From the NCBI RefSeq assembly GCF_006345805.1, contig NC_043013.1:7502001-7566000 (forward strand): a stretch of DNA of 64,000 bases. The letters are read 5' to 3'. This stretch comes from Octopus sinensis. Its lineage: Eukaryota. A program made the position numbers and the translations under genes. This document shows, in pieces, positions 64,000-64,000 of this stretch. The notes below the pieces were generated by a model. The model saw nothing but the letters and a program-made list of their open reading frames with translations, searched no databases and was not told where the DNA came from. How positions within the stretch are numbered: the first letter of the stretch is position 1; the number at the start of each line of letters is the position of its first letter.

Positions 64000-64000
64000 A

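Overview
AT-rich, microsatellite- and SINE-dense eukaryotic DNA. The repeat families and gene content are most consistent with a cephalopod (Octopus-like) genome; this is inference, not a database result. Two spliced protein-coding genes converge. (1) On +, the last three exons (738-957, 1664-1926, 3545-4780) of a carnosine-synthase-like ATP-grasp ligase (CARNS1/ATPGD1 family), followed by a 1.15-kb tandem remnant of a diverged paralog whose substitution pattern suggests past function and a localized amino-acid burst. (2) On -, a three-exon gene the ORF track misses (30353-30170, 28809-28705, 20238-20048) encoding a 159-aa secreted protein: signal peptide + 12-Cys IGFBP domain + 6-Cys thyroglobulin type-1 domain, i.e. 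canonical IGFBP architecture with almost no linker. The remainder is transposon-derived: several tRNA-SINE families, RTE, R4-like and CR1 LINE fragments, Tc1/mariner, piggyBac-type MITEs, Helitrons and a Gypsy-type LTR with a perfect 7-unit heat-shock element. There are five recognisable minimal type I hammerhead ribozyme motifs from four sequence families plus two decayed ones, including a 535-bp unit with an inverted copy and one inside a tRNA-headed SINE. Other structure: a 3.1-kb 13-14-bp satellite with a ~1.46-kb higher-order repeat, a near-perfect 1.27-kb palindrome, and two older local inverted duplications. Nearly all ORF-track ORFs are microsatellite or repeat artefacts. All coordinates and counts were made by eye and should be re-checked computationally.
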